The notes under the pieces are model-generated. The model saw only the letters and a list, made by a program, of their open reading frames with translations, was not told where the DNA came from and did not search any database. Positions 63,930 to 64,000 of a DNA stretch of 64,000 bases are shown piece after piece. The first letter of the stretch is position 1. Each line of letters starts with the position of its first letter. Source of the DNA: Candidatus Parcubacteria bacterium (GTDB lineage Bacteria; Patescibacteriota; Saccharimonadia; UBA4664; JBIOIQ01); contig OY970378.1 of the NCBI GenBank assembly GCA_963718875.1, forward strand, positions 1,011,691 to 1,075,690. Reading direction: 5' to 3'. Both the position numbers and the translations under genes were made by a program.

Positions 63930-63987
63930 CCATCCTCTTCAAAACAAAAACCCCAGCTTTCGCTGAGGATTTTGTTTTGGGGCCGTA
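63930..63987. repeat. 58-bp direct repeat copy 2
   Basis: see 63119-63176. Confidence 0.6.
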
Positions 63988-64000
63988 CGGTGAGTAGGGT

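Overview
The window is a bacterial chromosomal segment with a background GC of roughly 45-50% (judged by eye, not computed). Most genes are housekeeping: cell-wall synthesis (murA, murB, murF, alr), C1 metabolism (glyA, folD, def), a HK/receiver two-component pair, an ABC-2 type transporter operon, several type IV pilin-like proteins, and a large purine de novo cluster (PurS-like::purL, purQ, purB, purK, purE, long-type purC, an M24-fold gene, purM, purN). A redox/copper cluster (two Bcp peroxiredoxin paralogs, two cupredoxin-like proteins, MarR, UbiB kinase, APH-like kinase) closes the window. Four tRNAs are present: Glu-TTC on the plus strand, and Lys-CTT, Arg-TCG and Arg-CCG on the minus strand. 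The window is mosaic. At least nine short, visibly GC-rich islets (about 0.2-2.5 kb) carry hypothetical genes with strong Shine-Dalgarno sites, several ending in U-tract-less hairpins. Two of the minus-strand tRNAs (Lys, Arg-CCG) have a ~20-nt duplication of their 3' end, each followed by a conserved ~38-nt motif, which is the typical signature of integrated-element att sites. Two small GIY-YIG (UPF0213-like) nuclease genes sit in mobile-looking contexts. One lies between a truncated tRNA-Glu copy and the intact tRNA-Glu. The other lies exactly between two hairpin repeat modules that elsewhere occur side by side with no gene between them, as MITE/REP-like copies. Other features of interest: four ~75-bp nested-palindrome repeats (AAGTCNGACTT pairs); a tandem pair of stand-alone PurH IMP-cyclohydrolase-domain genes, one frameshifted at an A4 run; a 22-bp perfect inverted repeat with an SD-preceded mini-ORF upstream of purL; a candidate sRNA with consensus promoter and terminator; and an AlkZ/YcaQ-type DNA glycosylase next to an 875-aa two-Rossmann flavoprotein. 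I found no CRISPR array and no rRNA. All family assignments are from motif recognition without database searches.
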